From: Okamejei kenojei
Lineage: Eukaryota
Assembly: GCA_035221665.1 (NCBI GenBank)
Contig: CM069135.1
Coordinates: forward strand, 58,962,001-59,026,000
Length of the DNA: 64,000 bases
Direction of reading: 5' to 3'
Part shown: positions 12,945 through 24,715 of the stretch, one piece after another
Layout: the number at the start of each line of letters is the position of its first letter
Position numbering within the stretch: the first letter of the stretch is position 1
Made by a program: the position numbers and the translations under genes
Notes under the pieces: model-generated
What the model was told of the DNA's origin: nothing
The model's database searches: none
Seen by the model: the letters and a program-made list of their open reading frames with translations, nothing else

Positions 12945-13745
12945 GTTGTGTGGTGGGAGGGGAGGTGTGTATGTGAGCGGGAGGGGGGTGAGGAGGGATG
13001 TGGGGAACGGGGGGTGTGTGGGGGAGGGGGCGTGTGGGTGGGGTGGGGTGTGGGGGGGGAGGATGTGGGAGGGGGGGGCGGTTTGGGGAGGGGTGTGTGT
13101 GGGCGGGGGGTGTGTGTGGGCGGGGGGTGGAAAAGAATGTGTGGGCGAGGGGTTTGTGGGCAGGGGGTTATGGGCAGGCAGTTGTGGGCAGGGGGTGGTT
13201 GTGGGCAGGGGGTGTTGTGGAGGGGTTTGTTGGTTGGGGATGGGTGTGTGGGGGGGAGGGGGGAGGGTTGCGGGGGGGAGGAGAGGTTTGTGTGGGGGAG
13301 GGGAGAAAGGGGGTTGCAAGGGAGAAGGGGGTTAGTGGGGAGAGGGGGGTGAGGGGGTGGTTGTGGGGGAGAGGGGGGATTGTGGGGGAGAGGGGGGTTG
13401 TGGGGGAGAGGGGGGTTGTGGGCCTGAGGGGGTGTGTGGACGGGGGGTTGTGGGGAGAGGGGTGTGTGGGCAGGCAGTGTGGCGTTGTGGGGGGGGCGTT
13501 GTGGGAGGGACGCTGTTGGGGTTCGCTGGCGGGGGGGTGTTGAGGGAGGGGGGTTTGTGGGAGAGGGATGGGTTGTGGGAGGGAGGGCTGTGTGGGAGAG
13601 GGGCGTGTGGGAGGGGGGTTGTGGGGAGGGGTGTGTGTGGGGGAGAGGTGTGGGGGAGAGGTGTGGGGGGAGGGGTGGTAGGGGAGAGGTGTGTGGGGGG
13701 GGCGTTGTTGGGGGGAGTGGTGTGTGGGGGCAGGGGGGATGAGAG
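12945..13745 (+). repeat. Low-complexity G-rich tract
   Basis: About 800 bp of G runs (gggggttgtggggagag-like units). Confidence 0.95.
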
Positions 13746-14640
13746 CTCGTAGAAAAGATGGGGAAGAGCCATGGGGAAGGGGACCAGAGGAGAAGGGGTT
13801 GGAGGTGCGATGGGGACTCACAGCGGGCGCTGGATGCTTCGCTGGTCGTTCTCCTCCGCCGGGATAGGAGTCTCCGCTTTCCGTTTCGCAACATCAGTGC
13901 CCTCTCCGTCTCCGCGTTGGGTGAGGTCGGGCTGGGTCGGGCCATTTCCGATCCCTCCCTCCAAAAATTGTGTCCAGTTGGAGACCTCTGTCAACAATCC
14001 AGAGCCTCCCGCAGCTGCAGTAAAGACGCGATGGCGCAGGAAGAGGCGGACCGTCTCGCTGAGTGACAATAGGAGGGGCCAATCCGCGTGGTGCTGAATG
14101 GCAGGAGAGGCAATCGATCTGCGCACGTGCGGTTTTTAAGATTTTTTTAACCTCGATAACTCGTACCAGCTTCCATCGATCGGAACAAAACTCGGTGCAA
14201 TCGCAGCACAGGAGAATGGTGAGAAAGCTGGCGAAAAATCATAGCGCAAATAAAATGACCGCCAAACCGGAAGATAACAAGATCAGAGTTTTAGTTATGT
14301 ATAGATAGATATAATTTCAAGGGGGGCTCCAATGGTTAATGTGTGTATGTGTGTGTAACTTAGGGGGTGGTTAGTGTGTGTGTGAATGACCACATCTGGT
14401 CGCTTCCCCCCCCTTTCCTCCCCACAACTGTACATTGAAGGGATTCAGGGACCCAACGGGATTACATTCTTTTTTTAATCATCAATCTACACAATCCCAC
14501 AAAGTAATTTGGTCACATAGTACCCATTAAAACTTTGATCTTGGATGTATGTGTGTGTGTGTTTGTTTGTTCATGTGTATGTTTGTTCATGTTTTGTGTT
14601 TGTTCGTGCATAATCACATCTTCTCAGGAAAAAAACGATA

Positions 14641-15214
14641 TACTAAAGTACAGAAAGATCCTTGATGAAAACATACGCCACAGCGTTCTGGACCTCAGTC
14701 TGGGACGGAGGTTCACCTTCCAACAGGACAACGGCCATAAGCACACAGCCAAGACAACGCAGGAGTGGCTGCGTGACAAGTTTGTGAATGTCCTTGAGTG
14801 GGCCAGCCAGAGCCCGGACTTGAACCCAATCGAACATCTCTGGAGGGACCTGAAAATAGTTGTGCATCGATGCTCCCCATCCAACCTGGCCGAGCTTGAG
14901 AGGATCTGCAAAGAATGGGAAAAAATACACAAAGACAGGTGTGTCAAGCTTGTAGAGTCATACCCAAGAAGACATGAGGCTGTAATCGCTGCCAAAGATG
15001 CCTCAACAAAGTACTGAGTAAAGAGTCTGAATATTTATATAAATGTAATATTTCAGTTATTTCTTTTTAATTACTTTGCAAAAATGTCTAAACACCTGTT
15101 TGTGGTATGGGTATTTATGATTAAAAAAATGAATTTAATCCATTTTCAAATAAGGCTGTAACGTAACAAAATGTGGAAAATGTGAAGGGGTCCGAATACT
15201 TTCTGAATGCACGG
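14641..15214 (+). mobile_element. Tc1 transposon 3' half (DD34E transposase C-terminus and right IR/DR)
   Basis: FQQDN..KHT..LEW.SQSPDLNPIEHLW..ASTKY*; direct repeats gagtctgaatattt (~15024) and gggtccgaatactt (~15188); ends ..tgcacgg|TA. Confidence 0.9.
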
Positions 15215-15880
15215 TACACAATGAATGGTAGGACCCTAGGTGTAATGAATAGAGGATTCCAGAAAATACCAACACAAATAATTAATGTCCCAAAGGCATG
15301 CATGACGTCTTTAGATAGGGACTTAGAATATAACACACTATGGTACAGCTTTATAAAAACATTGGCTGGAATATTGTGCATTAGGGTTTGCCACTCTACA
15401 GAATGGCTGTGATTGAACTCAGAAGGGTGCACAGGAGGTTCAGCAGGACATTGCCTAAAATACAGTGTTTCAAAAATGAGAAGAGGGTGGCTAGTCTGGA
15501 AATGTTCTGCTTACAGCATAATTGGCCGGGAGCCAACCTGTTAGAGATAAACAAAATTATGAGCGACATAGATAGGATAGTTAGAAACATTTCCGCATAG
15601 CAATGGTGTTTTATACTGGTGGGGCCTGTTTATGACAGGGGATTCAAGGAGGAGGTTTTGGGAAGACTGAAGAAGACTTTTTGCGCCCAGAGAGTTGAGG
15701 GCAGAACATGGTGAGGGCGGGTACAATAATAAAATATACAAAGTACAGAGACTGCACAAATTATCAACATAGAAGGCAACAGACCAAGTTATAGTAAATG
15801 GGTATAGTGTAGATGGGTACGTCATGGTCAGCATGAACATGAATGGCCAAAGGGAATGTTTCTGTATTGCACAACTATAT
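15215..15880 (+). mobile_element. Old CR1 3' remnant
   Basis: YTMNGRTLG..; LRRVHRRFSRTLP; degenerate CR1 3' UTR. Confidence 0.7.
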
Positions 15881-16376
15881 GGATAATTCTACAATCCAAA
15901 AATCTATCTCAGCCAGGAGATGCTTAATAATTGCATCTAATACCGAATGGAATGGATAATTCCAAAGATCTATATCTGTCAGAGAGAATTATCTGAGGTT
16001 TTTACAGACTGCCCATTTATCCCGAGAGGCTGCATCCTATTTCAACATCCATCCTACTCGAAGCACCTCTAATAAGTACACTTCAACCGCTTTCAGTAAC
16101 ACCTAATTCTTCTACACTCCAAAGGATAGGGCCTCAATCTTCCCTGGAATCATCCTTAGAATCAAGCTGCTGAACCTCATCCTAGAATCAAGCTGCTGAA
16201 CCTTCCCTGTATTCCCTCTGAAGCAAGTAGGTACATTCATCCAAAATGTGCTCACAACAAAGCTCCATTTCTCTTGGAATAATGGCCAACGTTTATCTTG
16301 TCCCTTTAATTACTAACTATGCCTTCGTGGTTTCTAGTACACAAACACCTGTTTTTCTTCCACGACGACATATAAC

Positions 16377-16650
16377 AGTGTAGGAAGGGACTGCAGATGC
16401 TGGTTTAAATCGAAGATACACACAAAATGCTGGAGTAACTCAGCGGGACAGGCAGCAGTGTTTAAGAAGGAACTGCAGATGCTGGAAAATCGAAGGTAGA
16501 CAAAAGTGCTGGAGAAACTCAGCGGGTGCAGCAGCGTCTATGGAGCGAAGAAAATAGGCAACGTTTCGGGCCGAAACCCTTCTTCACACTGGCAGCATCT
16601 CTGGAAAGAAGGAATGGGTGACGACGTTTCGGATGTGACGACGCTTCACA
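16377..16650 (-). repeat. Penelope 3'-repeat fragments with a degenerate hammerhead (16559-16587)
   Basis: Minus strand tgaagaagggtttcggcccgaaacgttg; two nested copies of the 3' repeat. Confidence 0.75.
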
Positions 16651-16779
16651 ATATACAACACATATCCTGTTTCTCTATTCAGTACATGATCTAATTTTCC
16701 ACATATCATACCTCATCTACCATCTTTTTTCTTTCCCCTCTCACACTCTTTCTAAAACATGAACTATTTTCTTCTTATT

Positions 16780-17185
16780 AGTTCGTCCTCCTGTGTTGTG
16801 ATTGTTGAGCTGTGCGCCCTCTCTGTGTGGCGTGCGGCACTTCATGGTGTTGCAGGCGCACTCACTGCCGCTGTGAGTGAGTGAGAGAGTCGGTCGGTCG
16901 GTCGGTCGGTCGGTCGGACGGACGGAAGTGTCGAGCCGAGCCACTCCTTACCCCTGGTGCAGCGACGTCACTGCCGAGCGAGTGTTTTGCGATTTGAAAG
17001 GTACTGTGGCTGCGGCATTCAACCCATTATTTAATTGTAACTACGCTTTCAAACCTGCAATGGAAGCTAAAGGTTCCCCCCCCCTCCCTCGCCCCGTTCT
17101 CAACGGTCGCAGGGAAGCGTCTGCCACTTGCGTTTAGTTCTGTACATTGTGGAGGAGGCGGGTTCCTTGTTCACGCCATTTTTTT
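16780..17185 (+). promoter_or_regulatory. ZNF512: Probable ZNF512 CpG-rich promoter and non-coding exon 1 (donor AAG|gtactg at 17000/17001)
   Basis: Only non-transposon CpG-rich patch upstream of the ATG exon; ETS CGGAAGTG (16923), CRE-like CGACGTCA (16963), YY1-like CGCCATTTT (17174), (GGTC)n at 16888-16917. Confidence 0.6.
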
Positions 17186-18046
17186 TTTATTGAAGAGACT
17201 TAAAAATAAATAAATATGTGCTCCTTTGAAATATTATTTACATCGTGTGGGATCTGTGTGAGATAAGGGCTGGGTGTGGAAGAGAAATGCGATTTCTTGT
17301 TTTTTTTAATACGCTTTTCAGCCTCGAAAATGTGATTTTTTAAAAAAATTACCTCTTAGACAGCGAAGCTCTGGTTCCTTTTGATTGAAAGTTTGTATTT
17401 TTGGTAATCAGCTGCTTTTCCCCCCATAATCTGCATTGTTCCTGCGTTGTGGAGGGTGCTGTGCAGGAGCTGGGCAGACGTGTTTATCATTAATCACTTT
17501 AGCTCCTATTTGTCTGCAGCTTTGTTTTTGGAGGGTGGTATTTTTTTAAAAAACAAGCAATGTGTCCACGACCTTGGGCCTATCAAGTAGAATTTCCAAA
17601 GGACTCTTATCAAATTGTTATTTAACGTTTTGGCTAAGTGTTCCCGAAAATGAAAATATTAAAAAGTTTTGTGCTTTAACATTACATGAATAGCTTGCCA
17701 GTACCCGTTTCTGTAGCCAGATGTGGGGAACGGCTTTTAAAGCGGTTGCATATTATCCGAGGACGATGGCCTCATTTAGTTTTTACTAAATATGGGTTTC
17801 TACATTAGGTTGAGAAGAACAAGCTGATTTCTCTGCAGTAACGTTACAACAAACTATTTTGTATCAAGGCGTTTTCTTTCAGGAAATGTCACTTGTGATT
17901 TTGTCAAACCCATTAGTTGATTATTTCTCTTTCACCATCTCTACATTTGTTTGAACTCACAAAATACAAGTACCATTCTCTTGCTCTGAAAGCTAAGACA
18001 TCTTGCCAGAGATTTTTGTTATAACAGATGGTCTCCATCCAGAATG

Positions 18047-18137
18047 GGTGGCACAACTAGTAGAACTGCTGTCTTGCAGTGCTAGATACCTGAGCTGAGT
18101 CCTGCCCTTGGGTGCTGACTATATGGAGTTTTGCAGG
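18047..18137 (+). mobile_element. tRNA-derived SINE head fragment
   Basis: ggtggcacaactagtagaactgctg..gagtcctg..ggagttttgca; related copies at 23448-23670 (-), 23815-23980 and 59672-59800. Confidence 0.6.
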
Positions 18138-19701
18138 TGGTCAAAAGGTTGGTCATTAATTAAGTTTTAAGGAGTGCCAATTGATAGAAGAAATTGTCGA
18201 TGGAAGAAACATGTGAGCCCAGGATTGAAGTGGTGTAATGTTCTCGGGAAGCGTGGAAGGCTGAAAGGATCAAAACTAATCACCGGGATGAAAATTTTAT
18301 AAAGTGGTACATGAATTGGATTTGTCAGTTATAGAATCTAAATTGTTTTCTAATCATGTGTACTTGTACTGTTAAATACAAGATAGTTGAAAAGATGTTG
18401 TCATGCTACCTCATTCTGAACAAGTTCAGGCAGGAATCATTGAAATGCAAAAATAGGATTGGAATACGTATTGCTTATGCAGTAATATTAGCAGGAATGG
18501 TGCTACAATGCAATGAGAGTTCAGGTTCCACGAACTGCAAATTATTTAGTACAGTACAATTTGCATTTTGAATCCATTGCAGGAAAGAAATACTCTATTG
18601 TTGGCAAAGAAGTGACCACTCTGGTCTCAGGAAAACAATTGGAGGGCTCCCAGAAAAGAGGTGTGAGCAAGATGAAACTTAAGAATTTTTGGGAGAGAAG
18701 ATCTTTGAAACTATGCACAACAAACAAATAGGAAGAGAAACTGAATCCATTGAAAATCAATTGAATAAAAACAATACAAAAATGATTGTGTTTAGAGGAT
18801 AGTTTAACCAAACAAAAACAATAAATGTATTGGTCATTAAAGCTACAGAAAGAAGAAATTGTCTTTAAATGGTATGTTTAACACAATCCCAATGTACTTA
18901 ACAGGAACATTATCTAACAAAACCTAAATACGACCACTTGAAGAGTGAAGCTGCTAACTAAAAGCTTGGTCAAAGTAGTATGTTGAAGTTTGAGAGGCAT
19001 GATAGGTTTAGGAATTCTAGCAGTTATGGTATTTGATCTGAGGGAACTATATAGCCTGTTTAGTTCAGTTCTGTTTCTTTTTTGATTCTCCTAGAATATA
19101 GTATTGAATTTCTGTTTTCTGTTAGAGGTAGAAGGTAAATCTATTCATGCTGTTCAATAGAATTATTGTATCATAAGATCGCTAGACATGGGCGCAGAAG
19201 TAGGCAAAAAATCTTTTTTTTCCCCCATGGTAATCAGACTGTTTTGACTTAATTTGTAACTTCCAATGATTATTTCACACGCTAATAACTTTAAGGAGCA
19301 AAAATCTTTCACATTCTGTGCTTCTAGAACTGGTCCTGATCAATGGGCTTGATCAATGGTGTTTTATCATTCATGTTTTATTATTATTAATGTTTAGTGC
19401 TTTCTGAGTCATTCGTAACTGTCACTGTATGTCATGTTGTTACTTGTGGGCGGAGCACCAAGGCAAATTCCTTGTATGTGAATACTTGGCCAATAAACTT
19501 ACTTACGAAGGAGTTTCAGATCACAATGTATCACTTTTTATACTTTAGTAAAAAATCTGCATAGCTATGAACACTTGTCTTGTATCTCTTCCTCCCCCCC
19601 CTTCATTTATATTCCTTGAGCCTGAAAATGTGTCCATTTTACTTTAAGGCCCTTTAGAATTATATTCTTCTTATTTACAATACTTTTTTAAGTTTCCTGT
19701 G

Positions 19702-19786
19702 ATGGCACAAAAGAACAAGATAAGCTCTGCTGTGGAGGTTTCAAGCAAGAAATTCCAAAAATCTAAACACAAGACAAAGGCGCAAG
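19702..19786 (+). CDS. ZNF512: ZNF512 coding exon 1 (MAQKNKISSAVEVSSKKFQKSKHKTKAQ)
   Basis: Acceptor ttttttaag at 19692, ATG at 19702, donor CAAG|gtaaat; phase 1 fits the next exon. Confidence 0.6.
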
Positions 19787-20287
19787 GTAAATTGAGAATG
19801 TGATAATTATGCATTTTGTTTCATTAAAGACTGAGTTTTAAACATTTTCAAGGCAAATAACTTTGAATGTACCTTTGAACCCAGCATTGAAGCTAAATTT
19901 TGGACATGAAGTTTGGTGCAACATGTGAATGCTATTATGTTGCATGGTTGACATTAGCACTTCCTCTGCTCATAAATACTAGACCTAAAATTGTTTTCTT
20001 TAATTTGTCATCTTCTTGGAGATATTAGCATTATTAGGAATATATGACATAAAGACCCAACAGTAAAGTTTGAAACATTGAAGTAATGATTTGAACAAAT
20101 TACTCTGCTTGTCCAACTGAAAAACGGATACATTTAAAACAATGTCAGCATATCTACCTTAGAACCATATGAAAGATAAAACCTTTTACTTTTACTTTAT
20201 CTGTCTTTAGTTTTTAAATGCTTTTTGTAGTAAAGCTTAGTCAGGTGTAGTAGTGTTTCCATTTGTGAGATGAAAGCTAGTCTTTAT

Positions 20288-20740
20288 GAGCAACACCGCA
20301 AGTTGGAGGAACAGCACCACATATTCTGCTTGGGGAGTCTGCATCCTTTGGGCTTGAACATTGAATTTTCTCAATTCTGTTAACCCTTGCTGTCTCCTCC
20401 CCTTCCCAACTCTCCCTCAGCCCCTGGCATTCCCTCTCTCTCTATCTCCCTCCCCCACCCGAGTCGCACCAGCTTCTCATTTTCACACCACAAACAGCTT
20501 ACAATGGCTTGTTCCCTTTATCATTGATACTTTTTTGCATATCTTTCCTTCATTGTTCTTTATCTCTCCACATCACTGTCTATATCTCTCGTTTCCCTGA
20601 TCCCTGACCAGTCTGAAGAAGGGTCTCGACCCGAAACGTCGCCTATCTCCTTCGCTCCTTAGATGCTGCTGCACCCGCTGAGTTTCTCCAGCCTTTTGTG
20701 TACCCTCGATTCTCCAGCATCTGCAGTTCCTTCTTTAACA
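20288..20740 (+). mobile_element. Penelope 3' fragment with intact hammerhead motif (20613-20640)
   Basis: Near-copy of 1340-1765; CTGAAGAAGGGTCTCGACCCGAAACGTC. Confidence 0.88.
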
Positions 20741-20924
20741 CTTTATGCCAGACATGCAATTGATAAGATAAACAATGCTTTGAAATTTACATATTGTTGA
20801 TGGATTCAAAGCTATTTTGAGATGCGATAGCACACCATGCTATCCAACTGTGCCTGAACACTTAACAGATTTCAAGAATTCTATTATTCTAGCTTTGTGA
20901 TGTATGCAAGTTATAATGCAAACC

Positions 20925-22645
20925 AATAGCAGGCAAGGCCAGCAGCATGGTCAAGGATGAGTTGCACCCTGGCCACTCCCTCTTCTCCCCTCTCCAATCG
21001 GGCAAAAGGTATAGAAATGTATAGGTATAGATAATATATATAAGCATCTGGATAAACAGGGTCTGATCAGGAACAGTCAACATGGATTTGTGCCTGGAAG
21101 GTCATGTTTGACAAACCTTCTTGAATTTTTTGAAGCGGTAACTGGGGAAATTGATGAGGGTAAAGCAGTGGATGTTGTATACATGGATTTCAGTAAGGCC
21201 TTTGACAAGGTTCCCCATGGAAGGTTGGTTAAGAAGGTTCAATCTTTGGGTGTTAATGGCGGAGTAGCAAGATGGATTCAACAGTGGCTGAATGGGAGAT
21301 GTCAGAGAGTAATGGTGGATGGCTGTTTGTCAGGTTGGAAGCGGCGGTGACCAGTGGGGGGGGTGCCTCAGGCGGGGACGTCTGTGTTGGGTCCACTGTT
21401 GTTTGTCATGTACATCAATGATCTGGATGATGGGGTGGAAAACTGGATATCTAGTAAGTATGTAGATGATACAAGATAGGTGGTGTTGTATATGGAGTTA
21501 ATGAAGTAGATTTTCAAAGTCTGCAGAGAGATTTGGGCCATTTGGAAAAGTGGGCTGAAAGATGGCAGATGGAGTTTAATGCTGATAAGTGTGAAGTGCT
21601 ACATCTTGGCAGGACAAATCAAAATAGGACGTACATGGTAAATGGTAGGGAATTGAGGAATGCTGTGGAACAGAGGGATCTAGGAATAACTGTGCATAGT
21701 TCCCTGAAGGTGGAATCGCATGTAGATAGGGTGGTAAAGAAAGCCTTTGGTGTGCTGGCCTTTATAAATCAGAGCATTGAATATAGGAGTAGGGAAGTAA
21801 TGTTAAAATTGTACAAGGCATTGGTAAGACCAATTCTGGAGTATGGTGTACAATTTTGGTCGCCTAGTTATAGAAAGGATGTCAACAAAATAGAGAGAGT
21901 ACAGAGGAGATTTACTAGAATGTTGCCAGGGTTCCAGCAACTATGTTACAGAGAAAGGTTGAACAAGTTATCGTCTTTATTCTTTGGAGCGCAGAAGGTT
22001 AAGGGGGGACTTGATTGAGGTCTTTAAAATGATGAAAGGGATAGACAGAGTTGACGTGGATACGTTTTTCCCATTGAGGGTAGGGAAGATTCAAACAAGA
22101 GGGCATGACATGAGAATTAAGGGACAGAGGTTTTGGGGTAACGTGAGGGGGAACTTCTTTACTCAGAGGGTGGTGGCTGTGTGGAATGAGCTTCCAGCAG
22201 AAGTGGTGGAGGCAGGATCGATTTTAACATTTAAGAGTAAAGTGGATAGGTGTATGGACGTGAAGGGAATGGAGGGGTATGGTCTGAGTGCAGGTAGATG
22301 GGACTAGGGGAAAACAAATGGTCGGCACGGACTGGAAGGGCCGAGAGGGCCTGTTTCCGTGCTGTAATTGTTATATGGTTATATGTGAAAACGCACACCT
22401 CCAGATTCGGGGACAGTTTCTTCCCAGCTATTATAAGGCAATTGAACCACAAGTGGAGAGCAGTCCTAAACTACTGTCTACCTCATTGGTGATCCTTGGA
22501 CTATCTTTGATTGGACTTTACTGGCTTTATCTTGCACTAAACGTTATTCCCTTGTCAGGTATGAATGACTCGATTGTAATCATGTATTATCTTGCCACAA
22601 CAAGCAAACAACAAAAGCTTTTCACTGTATCTCAGTACGCGTGAC
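20925..22645 (+). mobile_element. Rex1/Babar-like LINE 3' end, split by CR1 (21030-22385) and by a hAT element; tail resumes at 24914-24933
   Basis: HPGHSLFSPLQSGKRYR..KTHTSRFGDSFFPAIIRQLN; tail ..cagtacgcgtgac|aataaactgaactga. Confidence 0.7.
21030..22385 (+). mobile_element. Young CR1 (TATGGTTA-tail family), 5'-truncated
   Basis: QHGFVPGRSCLTNLLEFFE, DVVYMDFSKAFDKVPH; near-identical to 32598-33671 and 43411-45114. Confidence 0.92.
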
Positions 22646-23010
22646 CAGGGCTCTCACTTAACCTTTTTCTCTGTTGCCAGCCGGGCAACCCAGGCAGCTT
22701 TTTAGGTTGCGAAATGACAGTTTAGGTGGTCATTTAAGATGGCTTGCATGACGTGTGCGATAATGTGCTTGGACGAAGTACGTAGTTACCAGTCGGAATT
22801 ATGCTCAATGAAGCATTCACATATTATTTCTGCTTCAAATAAAGTCACAAACTAAACATACTCACCAATCAAGACATGATGTATACCACAATGACATGCA
22901 GCTAAATTATAATACAGTATCTCAACTCTATTTACACGTTACAATGAATGCAATTTCTATTATTTCTTTCCACTTCCAAACAAAGATGTGGTTGGATTAC
23001 TCAGCGTATG

Positions 23011-23445
23011 ATCAACCTCGGTGAGACCAAGTGCAGGCTTGGCGATCGTTTCGCACAACACCTTCACTCAGTTCGCAATAACCAACCTGATCTTCTGATG
23101 GCTCAGCACTTCACCTCCCCCTCCCATTCCAAATCTGACCTTTCTGTCCTGGGCCTCCATGGCCAGAGTGAGGCCCACCACAAATTGGAGGAAAATGCAC
23201 CTCATTTTTCGCTTGGGTAGTTTACACCTCAGCAGTATGAACATTGGCTTCTCCAATTTCAGGTATCCTTGCGTTCTCCCTCCTTCCCCTCCCATTCCCA
23301 GCCCTCCCACAGCCTACTGTCTCCGCTTCTTCCTTTCTTTTTCCAGCCCCCCCGACATCAGTCAGAAGAAAGGTCTCGACCCGAAACGTCGCCTATTCCT
23401 TCGCTCCATAGATGCTGCCTCACTGATTTTCTCCAGCTTTTTTGC
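23011..23445 (+). mobile_element. Penelope GIY-YIG/3' fragment with mutated hammerhead (23363-23390)
   Basis: GETKCRLGDRFAQHL..; CAGAAGAAAGGTCTCGACCCGAAACGTC. Confidence 0.8.
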
Positions 23446-24114
23446 TACCATCCATTCACACAAGTTCTGTTATGCCACTTTCCTCACCCATTCCCTACAC
23501 ATTAGGGGCAATTTTACAGAGACAAGTTAACCTACAAAGCCAATGCGTCTTTGAGATGTGGGAGGAAACCCACACGCTTGCAGGGAAATTCAACACAGAC
23601 AGTGCCCGAGGACAGGATCGAACACAGTTCTCTGGTGTGTGAGGCAGCAAGTCTACCAGCTGTGCCACTATATTTTGTTTTCCAACATACAAAAAATGAT
23701 ATGTTGATAACTTTGGTTACTAAAAAAAAACTATCCATTTTCAGTCTTAAATTTCTAAGAGATGCTGTGTCCCCCTTTACAGCTACTGTATGTTTTAATT
23801 CAGTTCAAGACTATGGGGCAGTACATTAGCCATAAAGTTGCCGCCTAAAAGTGCCAGAGACACAGAATTGATCCTGAATATGGGTGCTGTCTGTATGGCG
23901 TTTGCTCCTTTTCCCTTTGATCGCATGGGTTTCCTCCGGGTGATCTTGTTTCCTTCCACATTCCAAAGGTATGCAGGAACCTTTTTCAGACCCAACCCAA
24001 AACGTAATATTTTTCTTTCTTCCCAGAGATTCTGTCCGACCTGTTGAGTTACACTAGCTTTTTGTGTCTAACTTCGGTTTAAACCAGCATCTGCAGTTAC
24101 TTCCTACACAGGCA

Positions 24115-24426
24115 ATACTCCAGAACAAGGGGTCACAGTCTAAGGATAAGGGGGAATTCCTTTAGGACCGAGATGAGGAAAACATTTTTCACACTCAGAG
24201 TGGTGAGTCTCTGGAATTATCTGCCACAGAAAGTAGTTGAGGCCAGTTCATTGGCTATATTTAAGAGGGAGTTAGATGTGGCCCTTGTGGCTGAAGGGAT
24301 CAGGGGGTATGGAGAGAAGGCAGGTACAGGATACTGAGTTGGATGATCAGCCATGATCATATTAAATGGCGGTGCAGGCTCGAAGGGCCAAATGGCCTAC
24401 TCCTGCACCTATTTTCTATGTTTCTA
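24115..24426 (+). mobile_element. CR1 3' fragment
   Basis: Reverse complement of the 178-500 family; tail ttctatgtttcta. Confidence 0.85.
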
Positions 24427-24519
24427 TATACGATAGAACTGTAAGATACGACCGTATAGCAATAGCGGCCAGATCTCCCACAATGCAAAGGGAGGGAGAA
24501 AATGCCTGGCGCCGACCAG

Positions 24520-24715
24520 TTGCCGTGACAGTGCGCGTATGCAGGGCGGCCAGTAATGTGCTGGCCGTGGTTGTGCGCATGTGCAGGAGGAGGATGTGCT
24601 GGCCGTGGTATTGTCCATGTGCAGGGGGAGGATGTGCAGGCCGTGGCAGTGTGCATGTGCAGGGCAGCCGAGGATGTGCTAGCCGTGGCAGTGTGCAAGT
24701 GCAAGGCGGCTGAGG
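24520..24715 (+). repeat. Imperfect ~34-38 bp tandem repeat inside the hAT element
   Basis: About 5 units of gtgcagg..ggatgtgctggccgtggcagtgtgcat. Confidence 0.8.

Larger units (their letters stand above)
11187..14640. mobile_element. Cluster of non-autonomous Helitron pieces: + strand heads at ~11187, ~11910 and ~14520, and a - strand head ending at 14310
   Basis: Repeated 'tctatac..taaaact(c/a)tgatcttg..(GT)n' heads; block 11780-11870 matches 54412-54510, which precedes the hairpin-CTAG Helitron end; partial 'gacccaacggg' at ~14450. Confidence 0.65.

Noticed and set aside
12041-13945. Pro-rich and Gly-rich ORFs
   Set aside because: Same low-complexity artefact.
16150-16203. 27-bp tandem duplication (similar ones at 41920-41942 and 56357-56537)
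   Set aside because: Ordinary slippage or repair duplications with no further structure.
18047-18137. tRNA gene
   Set aside because: Degenerate A/B-box SINE head with no complete cloverleaf; related SINE copies occur elsewhere in the window.
21340-21500. Dense cluster of small indels in an otherwise young CR1
   Set aside because: The pattern resembles long-read consensus error rather than biological hypermutation; it cannot be verified without reads.
24520-24715. ~36-bp periodic repeat as a CRISPR-like array
   Set aside because: No unique spacers, eukaryotic context, and it lies inside a DNA transposon; it is a minisatellite.
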